From Polyangia bacterium (lineage in GTDB: Bacteria; Myxococcota_A; Polyangia; Nannocystales; Nannocystaceae): 64,000 nucleotides of DNA. How positions within the stretch are numbered: the stretch's first letter is position 1; every line of letters begins with the position of its first letter. Positions 7,769 through 18,697 of the stretch are shown piece after piece. A program made the translations under genes and the position numbers. A model generated the notes under the pieces. The model was not told the origin of the DNA, did no database searches, and saw nothing but the letters and a program-made list of their open reading frames with translations. The stretch is from positions 269,992 to 333,991 of the forward strand of contig JAUIKS010000004.1 in NCBI GenBank assembly GCA_030430565.1, written 5' to 3'.

Positions 7769-10700
7769 TCAGGCGCGACGCGTGACGGTCCCGCGGTGCA
7801 GCGCGGTGTTGGCCGCCCAGGCCTGCTCGGGTGTCGGATCGACCAGGTGTCGAACCTCGCCGGCCTGCAGCACCGCGACCGCCTCGCCGCCCCGCAGCAG
7901 GATCCGGTTGCCGGCGACGGCGGGCACTCGCTCCCCGGGGAGGATGACGCCGAGCAGGTTGAGCGGGTCGGCGGCGGACAGGCAGAGGAGCTCGCGGTCG
8001 CGGTCTCCCTCGCCGTCGCGCCTGGCCGCGCGCAGCAGGCCGACGGCCTCGGGCAGCGCGTACTGCTCGCCGTCGACGCGCCCGCCGGAGACGAAGCGAC
8101 CGCCGCGGAGCTCGCCGCGGGCCTCGAGGCGACGCAGCGCTCGCAGCAGCGCGCGCCAGGGCGGGAGGTTGCGCTCGCGCTTCAGCAGCCGGCGGAACAC
8201 GACCCCGTAGCGGCGCAGCAGCACCCGCGCGACCGCCTCGGCGCGCTCGCTGTCGTCCGGGTCGTAGAGATCTGGTTCTTCGTCCATGTCGTCCGTGAGC
8301 AGGTCTCGCGGCGCGAGCGTCGACCAGCGCCCGGCGCGATCGAGCGGCGTGTCGTGCAGCGCGCGACGGGCTCGGCTCGCGCGCCCCCGACGTCCGCGGC
8401 CGCGCGCTCCCGCCGCGCCGCGACCGGAGGTGGCGCTCTTCGGGCCCAGCAGCGCGCGCAGCCCCGCGAAGCTGTCCGAGGTGAGCTCGCCGGCGGCGAC
8501 GAGCTCGCCGAGCGCGGTCTCGGCCTGGGTCCGCAGCAGCCCGGTCGCGGCGACGAGCTCGCGGAAGAACAGCGCGCCGCCGCGCTGCAGCACCGCGAGC
8601 AGCCGGCGCGCGTCGGAGGAGAGCCGCGGCGCCTCGTCCTCGGGCGTCTCCTCGGGCTCCTCCTCGTCGGGGCCCTCGACCCAGAGGTCGAGGTTCTCGC
8701 GCGTCAGCAGGGCGACGGGGGTCGACCGCAGCGGCCCCGAGCGCCGCCGCCCGCGGGGGGATCCGGCGCGCACGCTGCCCCAGACGATGTGACCAGAGAG
8801 ACATAAGGTGTCGAGCCACTCGGGCTCGTAGCGACGCAGGCGCGCGGGCAGCAGCTCGGTCTCCCAGGCGACCGCCGGCGCCTCGAAGCCCTCGAGGCGC
8901 TCGACCGCCGCGCGCAGGCTCTCGCGGCCCTCGCCGCGGGACTCGCTCGGCCCGGCGACGCCGTGCCAGCGCGTCAAGAAGCGCATGAAGGTCGCGCAGT
9001 CGACGGGCTGGATCTCGGCGCGCAGGCGGCGGATGGTGTAGCGGTGGATGCGGGCGAGCAGCCCGCGCTCGCACCATTCCTCTTCGGGCAGGTCGGGGTT
9101 TGGCCGCGGGTCGTCGAGGGGCTCGCCCGCGGGGGCCTCGGCGCGGGCGGTGAAGCGTCCGCGCAGCGCGTAGCCCTCGCTCTCGAGCGCGAGCAGGGCG
9201 GCGTCGACCGAGCTCGTCGCGAGGCCGAGCGCTCCGGCGAGCGCCGCGGCGGTGGTCGGGCCGAGACCGCCGAGGCGCGCGCGCGTGAGCTCGAGGGTCG
9301 CGAGATCGGGGTCGCGCGCGGGCCCGGCCTCGTCGCGCGCGCGCCGACGCGGGGGCGTGATCAGAGGCTCGAGCGGGCAGCGCTCGGCGCCGCCGAGCGC
9401 GGCCCACAGCTGCTCGAGGCGCTCGGCCGCGACCCAGACGCGGGCCCCCGCCGGGGTCGTGAGGGTCGTCGCGCGGCCGGAGCTGGCGAGCTTCGCGAGC
9501 AGCCCGCTCCAGGGGCGCCCCGATCGGCTCCGCCCCGCGAGACCTTCCTGTTCGGTCATATAGCCCAGCAGGACCAGGCCGTCGTGCAGCTCGTCCGCGC
9601 TCTCCGCCTCGGGCCAGGCCTGGGCGCGCACGCGCGCGATCGCGGCGGGGTCGAGGGTGGCGAGCTCGGCGGCGTTGCGCGGGTCGAGCCAGCGGCGCGT
9701 CCGCACGGCCTGGGTCCGCCGCTCCTCCAGCGGCGCGTCGTCGAGGAAGGCGTAGGGGTTGGCGTTGAGGACCTCGTGCGAGAGCGGCGAGGGCTCGGTG
9801 AGGTCAGCGGTCACGAGCCGCTTCTTCCCGGCGACGATGTCGGCGATCAGCGCTTCGAAGCCCTCGATGTCCATGGCCTCGCGCAGGCAGTCCTCGATGG
9901 TCTGCTGGACCAGCGGGTGGTCGGGGACCTCGCGCGCGCCGGTGATGTTCTCGAGGCAGGCGTTGGCGTCGGGGAAGACCACGGCCGCGAGGTCGTCGGC
10001 GAGCATGCGCTGCAGCTGCGGGGCGACCTTCTTGCCGCTGCGGCGGCGCGGGACCGCGAGCGCGCGCCCGGCGTTCCAGCGCCAGCGGATCTCGAACATC
10101 GGCGCGTCGAGCAGCGCCTGGACCAGCAGGTCGCGCAGCCCGGCGGGCTGGAGGAAGCGGAACACGTCCTCGAGCGGGAAGCTGTGTACCTCGCCGAGCG
10201 AGATGACGATCGCGTCGTCGGTCGCCGCCGCCTGCAGCTCAAAGTTGAAGCGCCGGCAGAAGCGCTTGCGCAGCGAGAGCCCCCACGCGCGGTTGATCCG
10301 CGAGCCGAAGGGGGAGTGCAGCACCAGCTGCATGCCGCCGCTCTCGTCGAAGAAGCGCTCGAGCACGAGCGTGTCCTGCGAGGGCATGGCCCCGAGCGCA
10401 GCTTGCCCGGCGGCCAGGTACTCGGCGAGCTGCTCTGCCGCCGGCAGCGCGAGCCCGAGGGTCTCGACGAGGTGACGGAGCGCCGCGCCGTCCTCGCGCG
10501 CGAGCAGCTCGCCGAGCTCGACGCGCAGGCGCGCGACCGCGGCCGAGAGCTCGCGCGTGCGTCCGGGCGCCTCGCCGAGCCAGAACGGGATCGACGGCGG
10601 CTGGCCGGCGGCGTCCTCGACCCGCAGGCGCCCGGGCTCGACCTTGACCACGCGCCACGAGCTGTTGCCGAGCTGGAACACGTCGCCCGCCATGCTCTCG

Positions 10701-12397
10701 ACCGCGAAGTCCTCGTGCACGGTGCCGACGCGCAGGCCCGCCGGCTCGAGCAGCACCTCGTAGTCGCCGGTGTCTGGGATCGCGCCGCCGCAGGTGATCG
10801 CGGTCAAGCGCGCGCCGCGACGGGGCCTGAGCCGATGGTTGACCGCGTCGCGGTGCAGCAGCGCGCCCCGGCGACCGCGTCGGGTCGAGAAGCCGTCGGC
10901 GAGCATCTCGACGATGGCGTCGAACTCGTCGCGGTCGAGGCCGCGGTAGGGGTAGGCGCGCGTGACCAGCTCGAACAGCTCATCCTCGCCCCAGCTGGTG
11001 TCGACCTCCTCTTCCTGCTCGACCGCGTCGTCGTCGTCCTCCTCCGCGCGTCGCCGCGACCGCGAGCGCAGCGGCTCGCGGGCGGCGACCGCGGCGACGA
11101 GCTGCTGCGCCAGGATGTCGAGGGGCTTTTGGGGCATCTCGAGCTGGTCGAGCTCGCCGCGGCGGACGCTGTCGAGCAGCGCCGCGCACTCGATGAGGTC
11201 GTCGCGGGTGATCGGGAACAGCCGGCCTTTGGGCGTCTCGCCGACGCTGTGCCCCGAGCGACCGACGCGCTGCAGGAACGCGGCGATCGAGCGCGGCGAG
11301 CCGAGCTGGCACACCAGGTCGACCGCGCCGATGTCGATGCCGAGCTCGAGCGATGCGGTCGAGACGATCGCGGCGAGCTCGCCGGCCTTGAGCCGCTGCT
11401 CGCAGCGCAGGCGCTTCTCCTTGGACATCGAGCCGTGGTGCGCGCCGATCCGCTCGGCGCCGACGCGCTCGGCGAGGTGTCGGGTGACGCGCTCGGCCAT
11501 GCGCCGGGTGTTGACGAACACCAGCGTGGTCTTGTGGCCCTGGATCAGCGCGGCGATGCGGTCGTAGACCTCGGCCCAGACCTCGTGGGACATGACCGCG
11601 GAGAGCGGCGAGCCGGGCAGCTCGAGCGCGAGGTCGGCCTCGCGGCGGTGGCCCTCGTCGATGATCTCCACGGCCTCGCGGGCGCGGTTGATCGCCTGGT
11701 CGCGGGGCCATGAGCCGACGAGGTAGGCGGCGACCTCCTCGATGGGGCGCTGCGTCGCCGAGAGCCCCACGCGCAGCGGCGCGGCGCCGACGCGGTCACG
11801 GGCGAGCGCGGCGAGGCGCTCGACGGTCAGCGCCAGGTGGGCGCCGCGCTTGTTGCCGACGAGCGCGTGGATCTCGTCGACGATGATCGTGCGCGTGGTC
11901 GCCAGCATCTCGCGGCCGCGCGCGCTCGTCAGCAGGATGTAGAGCGACTCGGGGGTCGTGACGAAGAGGTGCGGCGGGCGGCGGAGCATGGCCTGGCGCG
12001 CCGAGCTCGGCGTGTCGCCCGTGCGGACGGCGACGCGCAGCGGGGCCGGCGGGAGCCCGCGGCGCTCGAGCGCGCGCTGGATGCCGGCGAGCGGCGCGTG
12101 GAGGTTGCGCTCGATGTCGTTGCTCAGCGCCTTGAGCGGGGAGACGTAGACGACGCGCGTCTCGTCGGGCAGCTCGCGCTCGCCGCCGCGCTCGCTGGCC
12201 TCGCGCACGAGCGAGTCGATCGCGGTCAGGAACGCGGCGAGCGTCTTGCCCGAGCCGGTGGGCGCGGCGATCAGCGTCGGCCGCCGCGAGCGAATCGCGC
12301 TCCAGCCACGAACCTGCGCCGGCGTGGGCGCGGCGAAGCTCTGCGCGAACCACTCGGAGACCGCTGGGTGAAACGCGTCAAGTGCAGTGTGTGCCAT
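7769..12397 (-). CDS. lhr: ATP-dependent helicase Lhr (large helicase-related), 1542 aa
   Basis: Walker [13 protein letters not shown] box ([14 protein letters not shown]), and helicase motif [10 protein letters not shown]. Length and the long C-terminal extension are typical of Lhr. Confidence 0.9.
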   Translation of the reverse strand: MAHTALDAFHPAVSEWFAQSFAAPTPAQVRGWSAIRSRRPTLIAAPTGSGKTLAAFLTAIDSLVREASERGGERELPDETRVVYVSPLKALSNDIERNLHAPLAGIQRALERRGLPPAPLRVAVRTGDTPSSARQAMLRRPPHLFVTTPESLYILLTSARGREMLATTRTIIVDEIHALVGNKRGAHLALTVERLAALARDRVGAAPLRVGLSATQRPIEEVAAYLVGSWPRDQAINRAREAVEIIDEGHRREADLALELPGSPLSAVMSHEVWAEVYDRIAALIQGHKTTLVFVNTRRMAERVTRHLAERVGAERIGAHHGSMSKEKRLRCEQRLKAGELAAIVSTASLELGIDIGAVDLVCQLGSPRSIAAFLQRVGRSGHSVGETPKGRLFPITRDDLIECAALLDSVRRGELDQLEMPQKPLDILAQQLVAAVAAREPLRSRSRRRAEEDDDDAVEQEEEVDTSWGEDELFELVTRAYPYRGLDRDEFDAIVEMLADGFSTRRGRRGALLHRDAVNHRLRPRRGARLTAITCGGAIPDTGDYEVLLEPAGLRVGTVHEDFAVESMAGDVFQLGNSSWRVVKVEPGRLRVEDAAGQPPSIPFWLGEAPGRTRELSAAVARLRVELGELLAREDGAALRHLVETLGLALPAAEQLAEYLAAGQAALGAMPSQDTLVLERFFDESGGMQLVLHSPFGSRINRAWGLSLRKRFCRRFNFELQAAATDDAIVISLGEVHSFPLEDVFRFLQPAGLRDLLVQALLDAPMFEIRWRWNAGRALAVPRRRSGKKVAPQLQRMLADDLAAVVFPDANACLENITGAREVPDHPLVQQTIEDCLREAMDIEGFEALIADIVAGKKRLVTADLTEPSPLSHEVLNANPYAFLDDAPLEERRTQAVRTRRWLDPRNAAELATLDPAAIARVRAQAWPEAESADELHDGLVLLGYMTEQEGLAGRSRSGRPWSGLLAKLASSGRATTLTTPAGARVWVAAERLEQLWAALGGAERCPLEPLITPPRRRARDEAGPARDPDLATLELTRARLGGLGPTTAAALAGALGLATSSVDAALLALESEGYALRGRFTARAEAPAGEPLDDPRPNPDLPEEEWCERGLLARIHRYTIRRLRAEIQPVDCATFMRFLTRWHGVAGPSESRGEGRESLRAAVERLEGFEAPAVAWETELLPARLRRYEPEWLDTLCLSGHIVWGSVRAGSPRGRRRSGPLRSTPVALLTRENLDLWVEGPDEEEPEETPEDEAPRLSSDARRLLAVLQRGGALFFRELVAATGLLRTQAETALGELVAAGELTSDSFAGLRALLGPKSATSGRGAAGARGRGRRGRASRARRALHDTPLDRAGRWSTLAPRDLLTDDMDEEPDLYDPDDSERAEAVARVLLRRYGVVFRRLLKRERNLPPWRALLRALRRLEARGELRGGRFVSGGRVDGEQYALPEAVGLLRAARRDGEGDRDRELLCLSAADPLNLLGVILPGERVPAVAGNRILLRGGEAVAVLQAGEVRHLVDPTPEQAWAANTALHRGTVTRRA

Positions 12398-12430
12398 GGT
12401 CCGTCCGCCTTAACGGACATACTACGGACG

Positions 12431-12459
12431 AAAACGGGCGGTCGGCCGCGCTCGCGGCC
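12431..12459 (-). terminator. Possible intrinsic terminator after the HK/receiver operon
   Basis: On the minus strand, a GC hairpin ggccgc-gagc-gcggcc is followed by cccgttttcg. A second perfect hairpin ctgaca-acgtcc-tgtcag lies at 12465..12482. Confidence 0.25.
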
Positions 12460-12520
12460 GACATGCTGACAACGTCCTGTCAGCTGCCTGGCTATTCGGG
12501 GGAGCGTGTTTGGCGCGATG

Positions 12521-12898
12521 TCACCGCGGACCGAGCACGGCGTCGACCAGCGATCGCATCTGCACCGGGAGGGTCAGGACCTGCGTCGGCGAGTCGAGCG
12601 CGAGCGACCGACACGCCAGGGGCGCGACGAGCTCCTCGAGCACCACGATCCGCAGCCGCAGCGGATCGCGCGCCGCCGCGAGCTCCTGCGCGAGCGCCCG
12701 CGCGTCGCCGGTCGTGAAGCTCGGGCCGAGGATGATGGCGAGCGCGCCGGTGAGCTCGCCGGCGGCGCGGTCGAGCTCGGCGCGCTCCGAGACGAAGCGG
12801 AACACGATCCCCGCCCGCGAGAGCGCCAGCGCCACGGAGTCGCGGGCGGCGTGGCTGCGCGTCCACACGAGCACCCGCGGGGCGCTCGCCTCGTTCAC
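12521..12898 (-). CDS. Small protein (126 aa), possible degenerate receiver-like domain
   Basis: GTG start overlaps the histidine-kinase stop (GTGA). GC3 is high. The alternating beta/alpha hydrophobic pattern (RVLVWTRS...AIILGPS...LRIVVLEEL) resembles a CheY fold, but the acidic pocket and phospho-Asp are absent. Confidence 0.45.
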   Translation of the reverse strand: MNEASAPRVLVWTRSHAARDSVALALSRAGIVFRFVSERAELDRAAGELTGALAIILGPSFTTGDARALAQELAAARDPLRLRIVVLEELVAPLACRSLALDSPTQVLTLPVQMRSLVDAVLGPR

Positions 12899-13989
12899 GC
12901 GACCTCCGAGGTCGCGCGCCGCCCGGGCCAGTGAAACCACGCGACGAAGCAGCCGTCGATCAGCTCGGCGCCGAGCAGGCGCCGCGCGAGCGCGTCGTCG
13001 AGGCTCGCGCGGGCGTAGCCGTGGGTCACGAAGTCGCCGCAGATCCGCAGCCCGATGCCGTGGCCGCCGGTCGTGAAGCCGCCGCGAAACAGCTCCGAGA
13101 GCTGGTCGCCGAAGCGCTCGCGCAGCGCGGCCTGCTGGGCCGCGCTCACGCGGTTGATCACGGCGAAGCGGAGGTCGGTGTCTTCGAAGTCGTCGACGGC
13201 GCGGACGACCACGTCGACGCGGCCGTCGACGCTGTGCCGCGCGGCGTTGTTGACGAGGTTGTAGATCACGCGGTCGAGCGCGGAGAACTCCATGCAGCGC
13301 TCGCTGACGGCGCCCTCGAAGTCGCAGTGAAAGCGCACGACCGTCGTCGTCGTCGCCGGCGCGTCCGCGGCCCCCGGGGCGTAGCGCACGTCCGTCCACT
13401 TCTCGCGCAGCAGCGCGACCGAGTGGGCGCGGCCCTGGAGGTCGAGCTGGTAGCGCGCGGGGTCGAGGTCGTGCAGCGCGTTGCGCATCATCTTCAGGTG
13501 GTCGCGCGAGAGGATGAAGACGCGCTGCAGATCGTTCGGCAGCGCCTCGTCCTCGCGGATCACGTCGAGGTGCATGAGCAACGCCATCAGCGATCCGCCG
13601 CGGACGTCGTGCAGCGACCGCCGGATCGACATCGGCGCGTCGGCGGCTCGCAGCGTCGCGCCCAGCCGGCGCACGCGCGCGAGCAGCTCGGTGAACAGCT
13701 CGGAGCTGACGAGCTCGCGCAGCGCGGCGAGGCCCTGCTGCGGGCGCTCGAGATCCGCGCGGCTGCGGTCGTAGACGACGAGCAGGAACTCGTAGAGCGC
13801 GCGGACGTTGGCGCGATCGAAGCTGGGGAGCTCGCGGATGGACGCGGTGACGGTGTCGCCGCGGTAGCGCTCGCCGCGCTCCCGCAGCGTGGTCGTGGGC
13901 GCGAGCGCGAGCAGCCGCGCGGGGGAGATCGGGCAGGGGGCCTGGGCGCTCATCGTTGGATCGGGTGCCTCCACGAGGGGACGTGGCAC
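12895..13989 (-). CDS. Sensor histidine kinase (cytoplasmic, 364 aa)
   Basis: H-box LHDVRGGSLMAL, N-box NLVNNAARHS, and G-boxes GGFTTGGHGIGL. Confidence 0.8.
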   Translation of the reverse strand: MPRPLVEAPDPTMSAQAPCPISPARLLALAPTTTLRERGERYRGDTVTASIRELPSFDRANVRALYEFLLVVYDRSRADLERPQQGLAALRELVSSELFTELLARVRRLGATLRAADAPMSIRRSLHDVRGGSLMALLMHLDVIREDEALPNDLQRVFILSRDHLKMMRNALHDLDPARYQLDLQGRAHSVALLREKWTDVRYAPGAADAPATTTTVVRFHCDFEGAVSERCMEFSALDRVIYNLVNNAARHSVDGRVDVVVRAVDDFEDTDLRFAVINRVSAAQQAALRERFGDQLSELFRGGFTTGGHGIGLRICGDFVTHGYARASLDDALARRLLGAELIDGCFVAWFHWPGRRATSEVA

Positions 13990-14103
13990 CCGCGCGCGCG
14001 CGCGGCCGCAGACAGGGGCCGCGCCGCGCGGGACCGTGTTTTTAGGGACATGCTCGAATGAGCATGTGATAACGGCGCACGAGCCGCGGCGCGACGCCGC
14101 GCG

Positions 14104-15250
14104 TCAGCCCGGATCGGCGCCGACCAGGAACACCTCCTCGTGCATGTAGAACGCGCCGCCGATCAGCGCGCCGCTGCTCGGCGCGCCGGCGAGCGTGAGC
14201 GGCGGGAAGTCCTCCCAGCCCGCCGCGTAGGTGTACTCGAAGCACTGGGTGATGTCCTGCACGTGCGCCATGCTCTCGGTGAGCGCGACCGCGTGGGGGC
14301 CCAGCGCCTGCTCTTGGGAGCAGCCGTACTGCATGGGGTTGATCCACGTGTTCTCGCCCACGATGTCCATCCACATCGCGCGCACGTCGTCGACCGCCGG
14401 CGCCTCGGGGACCTGCCAGCCCTCGTTGTCGTCGCAGCAGGGCACCTCAGAGACCTCGGCGGCGTCGTAGCTCTCGGGATCGAAGCCGCCGTAGTACCAG
14501 GAGGTCTCGGTCGTGAGCATCGAGACGTTCTCGGTCGACGTCGGGAGGCCGCCCATCAGCTCGCCGTCGTTGTACGAGAACGCGATGAGGAGCGTCGCGC
14601 CCGCGAGATCCGGGAACATGCTGTCGCGGTCGCCGGCGTCGACCCAGCCGAACTCGTCGAGGTCGAGCACGTGGTAGGTGTCGTGGGTGAGGATGAACGC
14701 GCGGCGGATCGCGTTCGCGCTGAACGACGCCTCGATCGGGGCGCTCGGCGCCAGGTCGGCGTTGCCGAGCTCGTCCCAGCGGATCGGGTTCCACTGCTGA
14801 TCGCCGACGGGCAGCGACCACAGCGCGCAGCCGTCGGGCTCGACGCAGCTCCACTCGCCCCAGGTGCAGTCGTCGCCGCAGGTCCGGGACTCGGTCCCGC
14901 ACGGGTCGCAGGCGCCGCCTGGCTCGACCTGTCCCGGCGTACACTCACCGGGGCAGCTGCCCGGCTCGCCCGTCGAGGTGTCCGGATCCATCGTCGTGGT
15001 GCTCGAGCCGTCGCCGGTCGTCGGCGACCCGGTGGCGCCGGCGGTCGTGCTCGTCGCGTCCGAGCTGGTCGAGGCGCTCGTCGTGCTCGAGGCGCCCGGA
15101 TCGGTCGCGCCGCCGGTGCCGGCGTCCGTGTTTCCCGCGCCCGTGAGCCCGTAGCTCGAGCTGGAGCCGCCGCCGTCGTTGAAGCACCCGGCGCATAGGG
15201 GCGCTGCGAGTGCGCAGGCTAGAATTAGCGAGCTTGTATCTCGGGTCATG
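14104..15250 (-). CDS. Lipoprotein (382 aa) with Ser/Thr-rich linker and Cys-containing C-terminal domain
   Basis: Real start is MTRDTSSLILACALAAPLCAGC (ATG 15250, lipobox LCAGC). A low-complexity STG-rich linker follows. The globular C-terminal domain is of unknown function. Confidence 0.6.
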
Positions 15251-15339
15251 TCCGTAAGTTTATGTCGGTGCGGGGGGCGATTTCGAGCTGCGCGATGAGC
15301 GCGTCGGGGCAGAAGGCGCCAATTTTCCGCTTGACGACC

Positions 15340-15361
15340 TAGTACTACCCGGGTAGTACTA
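15340..15361. promoter_or_regulatory. Perfect 22-bp palindrome tagtactacccgggtagtacta, candidate BlaI-type operator overlapping a sigma70-like promoter
   Basis: ttgacg (15331-15336) is a -35-like hexamer immediately 5' of the palindrome, which lies 40 bp upstream of the repressor ATG. BlaI/MecI/CopY repressors bind dyad operators overlapping their own promoters. Confidence 0.5.
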
Positions 15362-15400
15362 ATCAGGTAGTTTAAATTGCGCGATTGTGCGCGGGGGCCC

Positions 15401-15808
15401 ATGACGGCGACAGAACATCTCGGGAAGCTGCAATTATCCATCATGCGCGTGCTCTGGTCGGCCGGCGAGGCCACCGTCAGCGACGTACACGAGGCGCTGC
15501 GTCACAGCCACGGCCTGGCGCCCACGACCATCGCCACGATGCTCAAGAAGATGGAGCGCAAGGGGGTCGTCTCGCACCGGACCGAGGGACGGCGCTTCGT
15601 CTACCGGCCGACGGTGAGCGAGGCGCTGGTCACCCGCTCGATGGTCACGGAGCTCGCCGAGCGCCTGTTCGACGGCGACAAGGTCGCGCTCGTCAGCCAC
15701 CTGCTCACGGCCCACGAGGTCGACGCGGATGAGCTGGCGGCGCTGCAGAGGAAGATCGACGCCGCGCGCCACGGCGCCGGTCAGGACGAGGATAAGGAGG
15801 AGGCGTGA
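15401..15808 (+). CDS. BlaI/MecI/CopY-family transcriptional repressor
   Basis: N-terminal winged-helix sequence LSIMRVLWSAGEATVSDVHEAL...TTIATMLKKMERKGVV is typical of penicillinase-repressor family proteins. The stop overlaps the start of the downstream M56 peptidase gene. Confidence 0.8.
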   Translation: MTATEHLGKLQLSIMRVLWSAGEATVSDVHEALRHSHGLAPTTIATMLKKMERKGVVSHRTEGRRFVYRPTVSEALVTRSMVTELAERLFDGDKVALVSHLLTAHEVDADELAALQRKIDAARHGAGQDEDKEEA

Positions 15809-18567
15809 TGACGGCTTGGATCTTCGATTGGCTGGCGACCTACTTCGTGCACAGCAGCGCGCTCTTGCTGCTCGCGCTCGCGGCTGACCGCTGGCTGCGG
15901 GCCCGGCCCGAGCTCGCGAGCGCGGTCTGGAAGACGGCGCTCGTGGCCGGCGTGGTCACGGCGAGCCTGCAGACCGGCGGCGTCATCGAGCCGCTCGGCG
16001 GCCGCTTCTACATCGACGTGGACGACGCGCGCGCCGTCGAGGCCGCGGGCGCGCCCGCGCTCGCGGAGGCCACGGCGATCTCGCCTGAGCCGCCCGGATC
16101 CGCGATCGAGGCCGCGATGGCGCGCTCGGCCCCCCGGGACGAGACCGAGACCGAGACCGCGACCGCGACCGTCACGATCGCGGACGCGGGCGCCGCGAAG
16201 GCGGTCTCGGTGGTCTCGACGAGCCAGGGGGAGACGGCGGTCGTCGAGCTGCGCGCGCCCGACGGGGGCGACGACGCGACGACGCGCGCGGTGTCGATCG
16301 TCGAGCAGCCGGCGGAGGCGGCGAGCGGCGCGGTCGCGATCGCCGCCGCGCCTGTCCAGACGGTCACGCGCGGCGCGGTCGCGGGGCTCGACTGGCGCGC
16401 GCTCGTGATCGGCGCGTGGCTGCTCGGCTGTCTGTTTGGACTGATCCGCGTGGCGCGGGCGTGGGTCCGGCTGACGCGTCAGCTCCGTGGACGGCGGACC
16501 ATCCGCGGCGGCTCGATCCGCGCGATCTTTGAGCGGCTGTGCCGCGTCGCGCGGGTCCCCGGGGTCCGGCTCTCGTGCACCCACCGGATCCACGTGCCGC
16601 TCGCGGCCGGCCTCGTGCGCCCCGAGATCTGCGTGCCGCGACGCGTGCTGCGGTCGCTCAGCCCGGCCTCGCAGGAGAGCCTGCTCGCCCACGAGCTCGC
16701 GCACGTGGTCCGGCGCGACCCGGCCTGGCAGCTGCTCGGCGCGCTGCTCGAGCGCGCGCTGTTCTTCCAGCCGCTCAACCGGATCGCGACGCGCAAGATC
16801 TCGAGCTACGCGGAGTACCTGTGCGACGCGTGGGCGGCCAAGCACACCCGCGAGCCGCTCGCGCTGGCGCAGTGCTTGACCGAGGTCGCGGCCTGGGCCG
16901 CGCACCAGCGCGGGCGCCTGCCGGTGCCGGCGATGGCGGGGCGGCCCTCGAGCCTGCTCGGCGCGCGGGTGCAGCGGCTGCTCGACATGTCGCAAAGGCC
17001 CGATGACCTGCTGAAGGCCAACGGTCGCCCGTGGGCGTCGGCGGTCGTGAGCGCGGGGATGTTCGGCGCGGTCGCGCTGGTCGCCCCCGGCGCGCTCGGC
17101 TCGGCTGGTGACGGCCATGAGCTCGGCTACGACTGCGGCGGTGAGTACGTCGCGATCGGGGTCCCGGTGGGTCCCGACGCGATCGGCCACGGGACCCGCC
17201 TCGCCGCGAGCGTCGGCGACGTGAGCCCCGGCGGCGCGACGCTGGCCGACTCCACCGTGCTCGTCGCCGACAACGCGCTCGCGGGCGCCGTCTCGGCGGT
17301 GGAGCGGTCGATCGGAGCCGTCTCGGCCGTCGCCGTGGCGGAGGCGAGCGCGGCCGACAGCCGCGAGCCGCGCGGCGTTGAGCGCGAGCGCAGGCGGCTC
17401 GAGCGGAAGCTCGACCGCGCGGCCCGACGCGCGCGCAAGAGCGCTGACCGGCAGCGCAAGCACGAGCGCGAGGTCCAGGCGACCCGGCGCTCGCTCGAGG
17501 CCGTCGCGGGCCGCGAGCGCGGCGAGCACCACGTCGTGCTCGACCTGCGCGGCGTGGAGCTCGACGACGTGGAGCGGCTGGCGGCCCGCGCCGCGATCGC
17601 CGGCCTCGAGGAGATGGAGCTCGACAACCTCGACCTCGAGGTCAAGATCGACGACTGCGACAGCGATCGCGGACGTCGGCACCGGCGCCGCAGCGAGTCG
17701 CCGCTGGTCTACCGCTACTCGAAGGGGGGCGACACCGTGACCATCACCGTCGATCCTGGCGGACAGGTCTGGCTGGAGTCGCCCGAGGGGACCAAGATCG
17801 AGCTCGGCGACCACTGGAGCGTCGAGCTCGAGGGCGCGGGGGTCCACGGCTGGACGCCGGCGCAGCGCGAGAAGATCGCCCAGGCCGAGCGGCGCATGCG
17901 GGCGCTCGAGCGGCGGGCCGACGCCCAGCATCACGCGGTCGAGCGTCACGTCTCGCGCGAGCTAGAGCGCGAGCTAGAGCGGGAGGCTCGTCGCCTCGAG
18001 GGCGAGGCGCGCGCCATCGAGCGCTCGCTCGAGGCGCGCGCGCGGTCGATGCAGCGGACCGCGGAGCGCCTGTCTCGAGAGACCAACGAGCAGACCCGCC
18101 GCGCGCTCGAGCGGGAGCTTCGCCGCGAGCGCGCCGAGCTGGAGCGCGAGGGCGAGGCGGCCCGCCGCCGGCTGACGCGCGACGCCGAGCAGCTTCGCCG
18201 TGAGGCCGAGCGCGCGCAGCGTGAGGCGATGAAGCGGATGACCGGCGAGGCGCAGGAGCGCGCCCGCGACGGAGCGGAGCGGGCGCGGCGGGAGGCCGAG
18301 CGGGCGCAGCGGGAGGCCGAGCGGGCGCAACGGGAGGCCGAGCGCGTGCAGCGAGACGCGGAGCGGGCGCGGCGGGAGGCCGAGCGAGTGCAGCGAGACG
18401 CGGAGCGGGCGCGAGGGGAGGCTGAGCGCGCGAGGTCGAAGCAGAAGTCGAAGGCAAAGTCGAAGCCGAAGGCGAAGTCGAAGTCGAAGGCGAAGTCGAA
18501 GCCGAAGACGAAGGCGAAGCCGAGGCCGGGCACGTTCACCGCGCCGCCGAGCGCAGGGCCGATCTAG
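15805..18567 (+). CDS. BlaR1/MecR1-like M56 family membrane metalloprotease with long C-terminal charged coiled-coil and Lys-rich tail (920 aa)
   Basis: N-terminal TM helices. HEXXH zinc motif in LLAHELAHVVRRDPAW. Strong SD aaggaggagg upstream. The C-terminal 350 aa are REAERAQ-type heptads ending in a (KSKAKSKP)n tail. Confidence 0.8.
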   Translation: MMTAWIFDWLATYFVHSSALLLLALAADRWLRARPELASAVWKTALVAGVVTASLQTGGVIEPLGGRFYIDVDDARAVEAAGAPALAEATAISPEPPGSAIEAAMARSAPRDETETETATATVTIADAGAAKAVSVVSTSQGETAVVELRAPDGGDDATTRAVSIVEQPAEAASGAVAIAAAPVQTVTRGAVAGLDWRALVIGAWLLGCLFGLIRVARAWVRLTRQLRGRRTIRGGSIRAIFERLCRVARVPGVRLSCTHRIHVPLAAGLVRPEICVPRRVLRSLSPASQESLLAHELAHVVRRDPAWQLLGALLERALFFQPLNRIATRKISSYAEYLCDAWAAKHTREPLALAQCLTEVAAWAAHQRGRLPVPAMAGRPSSLLGARVQRLLDMSQRPDDLLKANGRPWASAVVSAGMFGAVALVAPGALGSAGDGHELGYDCGGEYVAIGVPVGPDAIGHGTRLAASVGDVSPGGATLADSTVLVADNALAGAVSAVERSIGAVSAVAVAEASAADSREPRGVERERRRLERKLDRAARRARKSADRQRKHEREVQATRRSLEAVAGRERGEHHVVLDLRGVELDDVERLAARAAIAGLEEMELDNLDLEVKIDDCDSDRGRRHRRRSESPLVYRYSKGGDTVTITVDPGGQVWLESPEGTKIELGDHWSVELEGAGVHGWTPAQREKIAQAERRMRALERRADAQHHAVERHVSRELERELEREARRLEGEARAIERSLEARARSMQRTAERLSRETNEQTRRALERELRRERAELEREGEAARRRLTRDAEQLRREAERAQREAMKRMTGEAQERARDGAERARREAERAQREAERAQREAERVQRDAERARREAERVQRDAERARGEAERARSKQKSKAKSKPKAKSKSKAKSKPKTKAKPRPGTFTAPPSAGPI
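18238..18535 (+). repeat. Degenerate 21-bp (heptad) repeats encoding (R/E)EAERAQ, followed by a 24-bp-type repeat encoding KSKAKSKP
   Basis: Direct reading of gagcgggcgcagcgggaggcc... units, then tcgaaggcgaagtcgaagccgaag units. Confidence 0.75.
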
Positions 18568-18697
18568 TCGAGCCTTCGCGCGTCGTTCAAGACCTGGTTC
18601 ATCCGTCACTTGAATCAGGAGCTGCGCCGCAGCCCGAGCGCGTCGGTTATACTAGAAGTCGGGTGGCGCAGCTCGCGACGAGCTGAACCACGAGACA

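Noticed and set aside
7769-12397. Lhr helicase as part of a defence system together with the CHAT module
   Set aside because: Lhr is convergent to the CHAT module, not in the same operon. It has the standard Lhr-core plus C-terminal domain architecture of the DNA-repair helicase, and no nuclease or sensor partner is adjacent.
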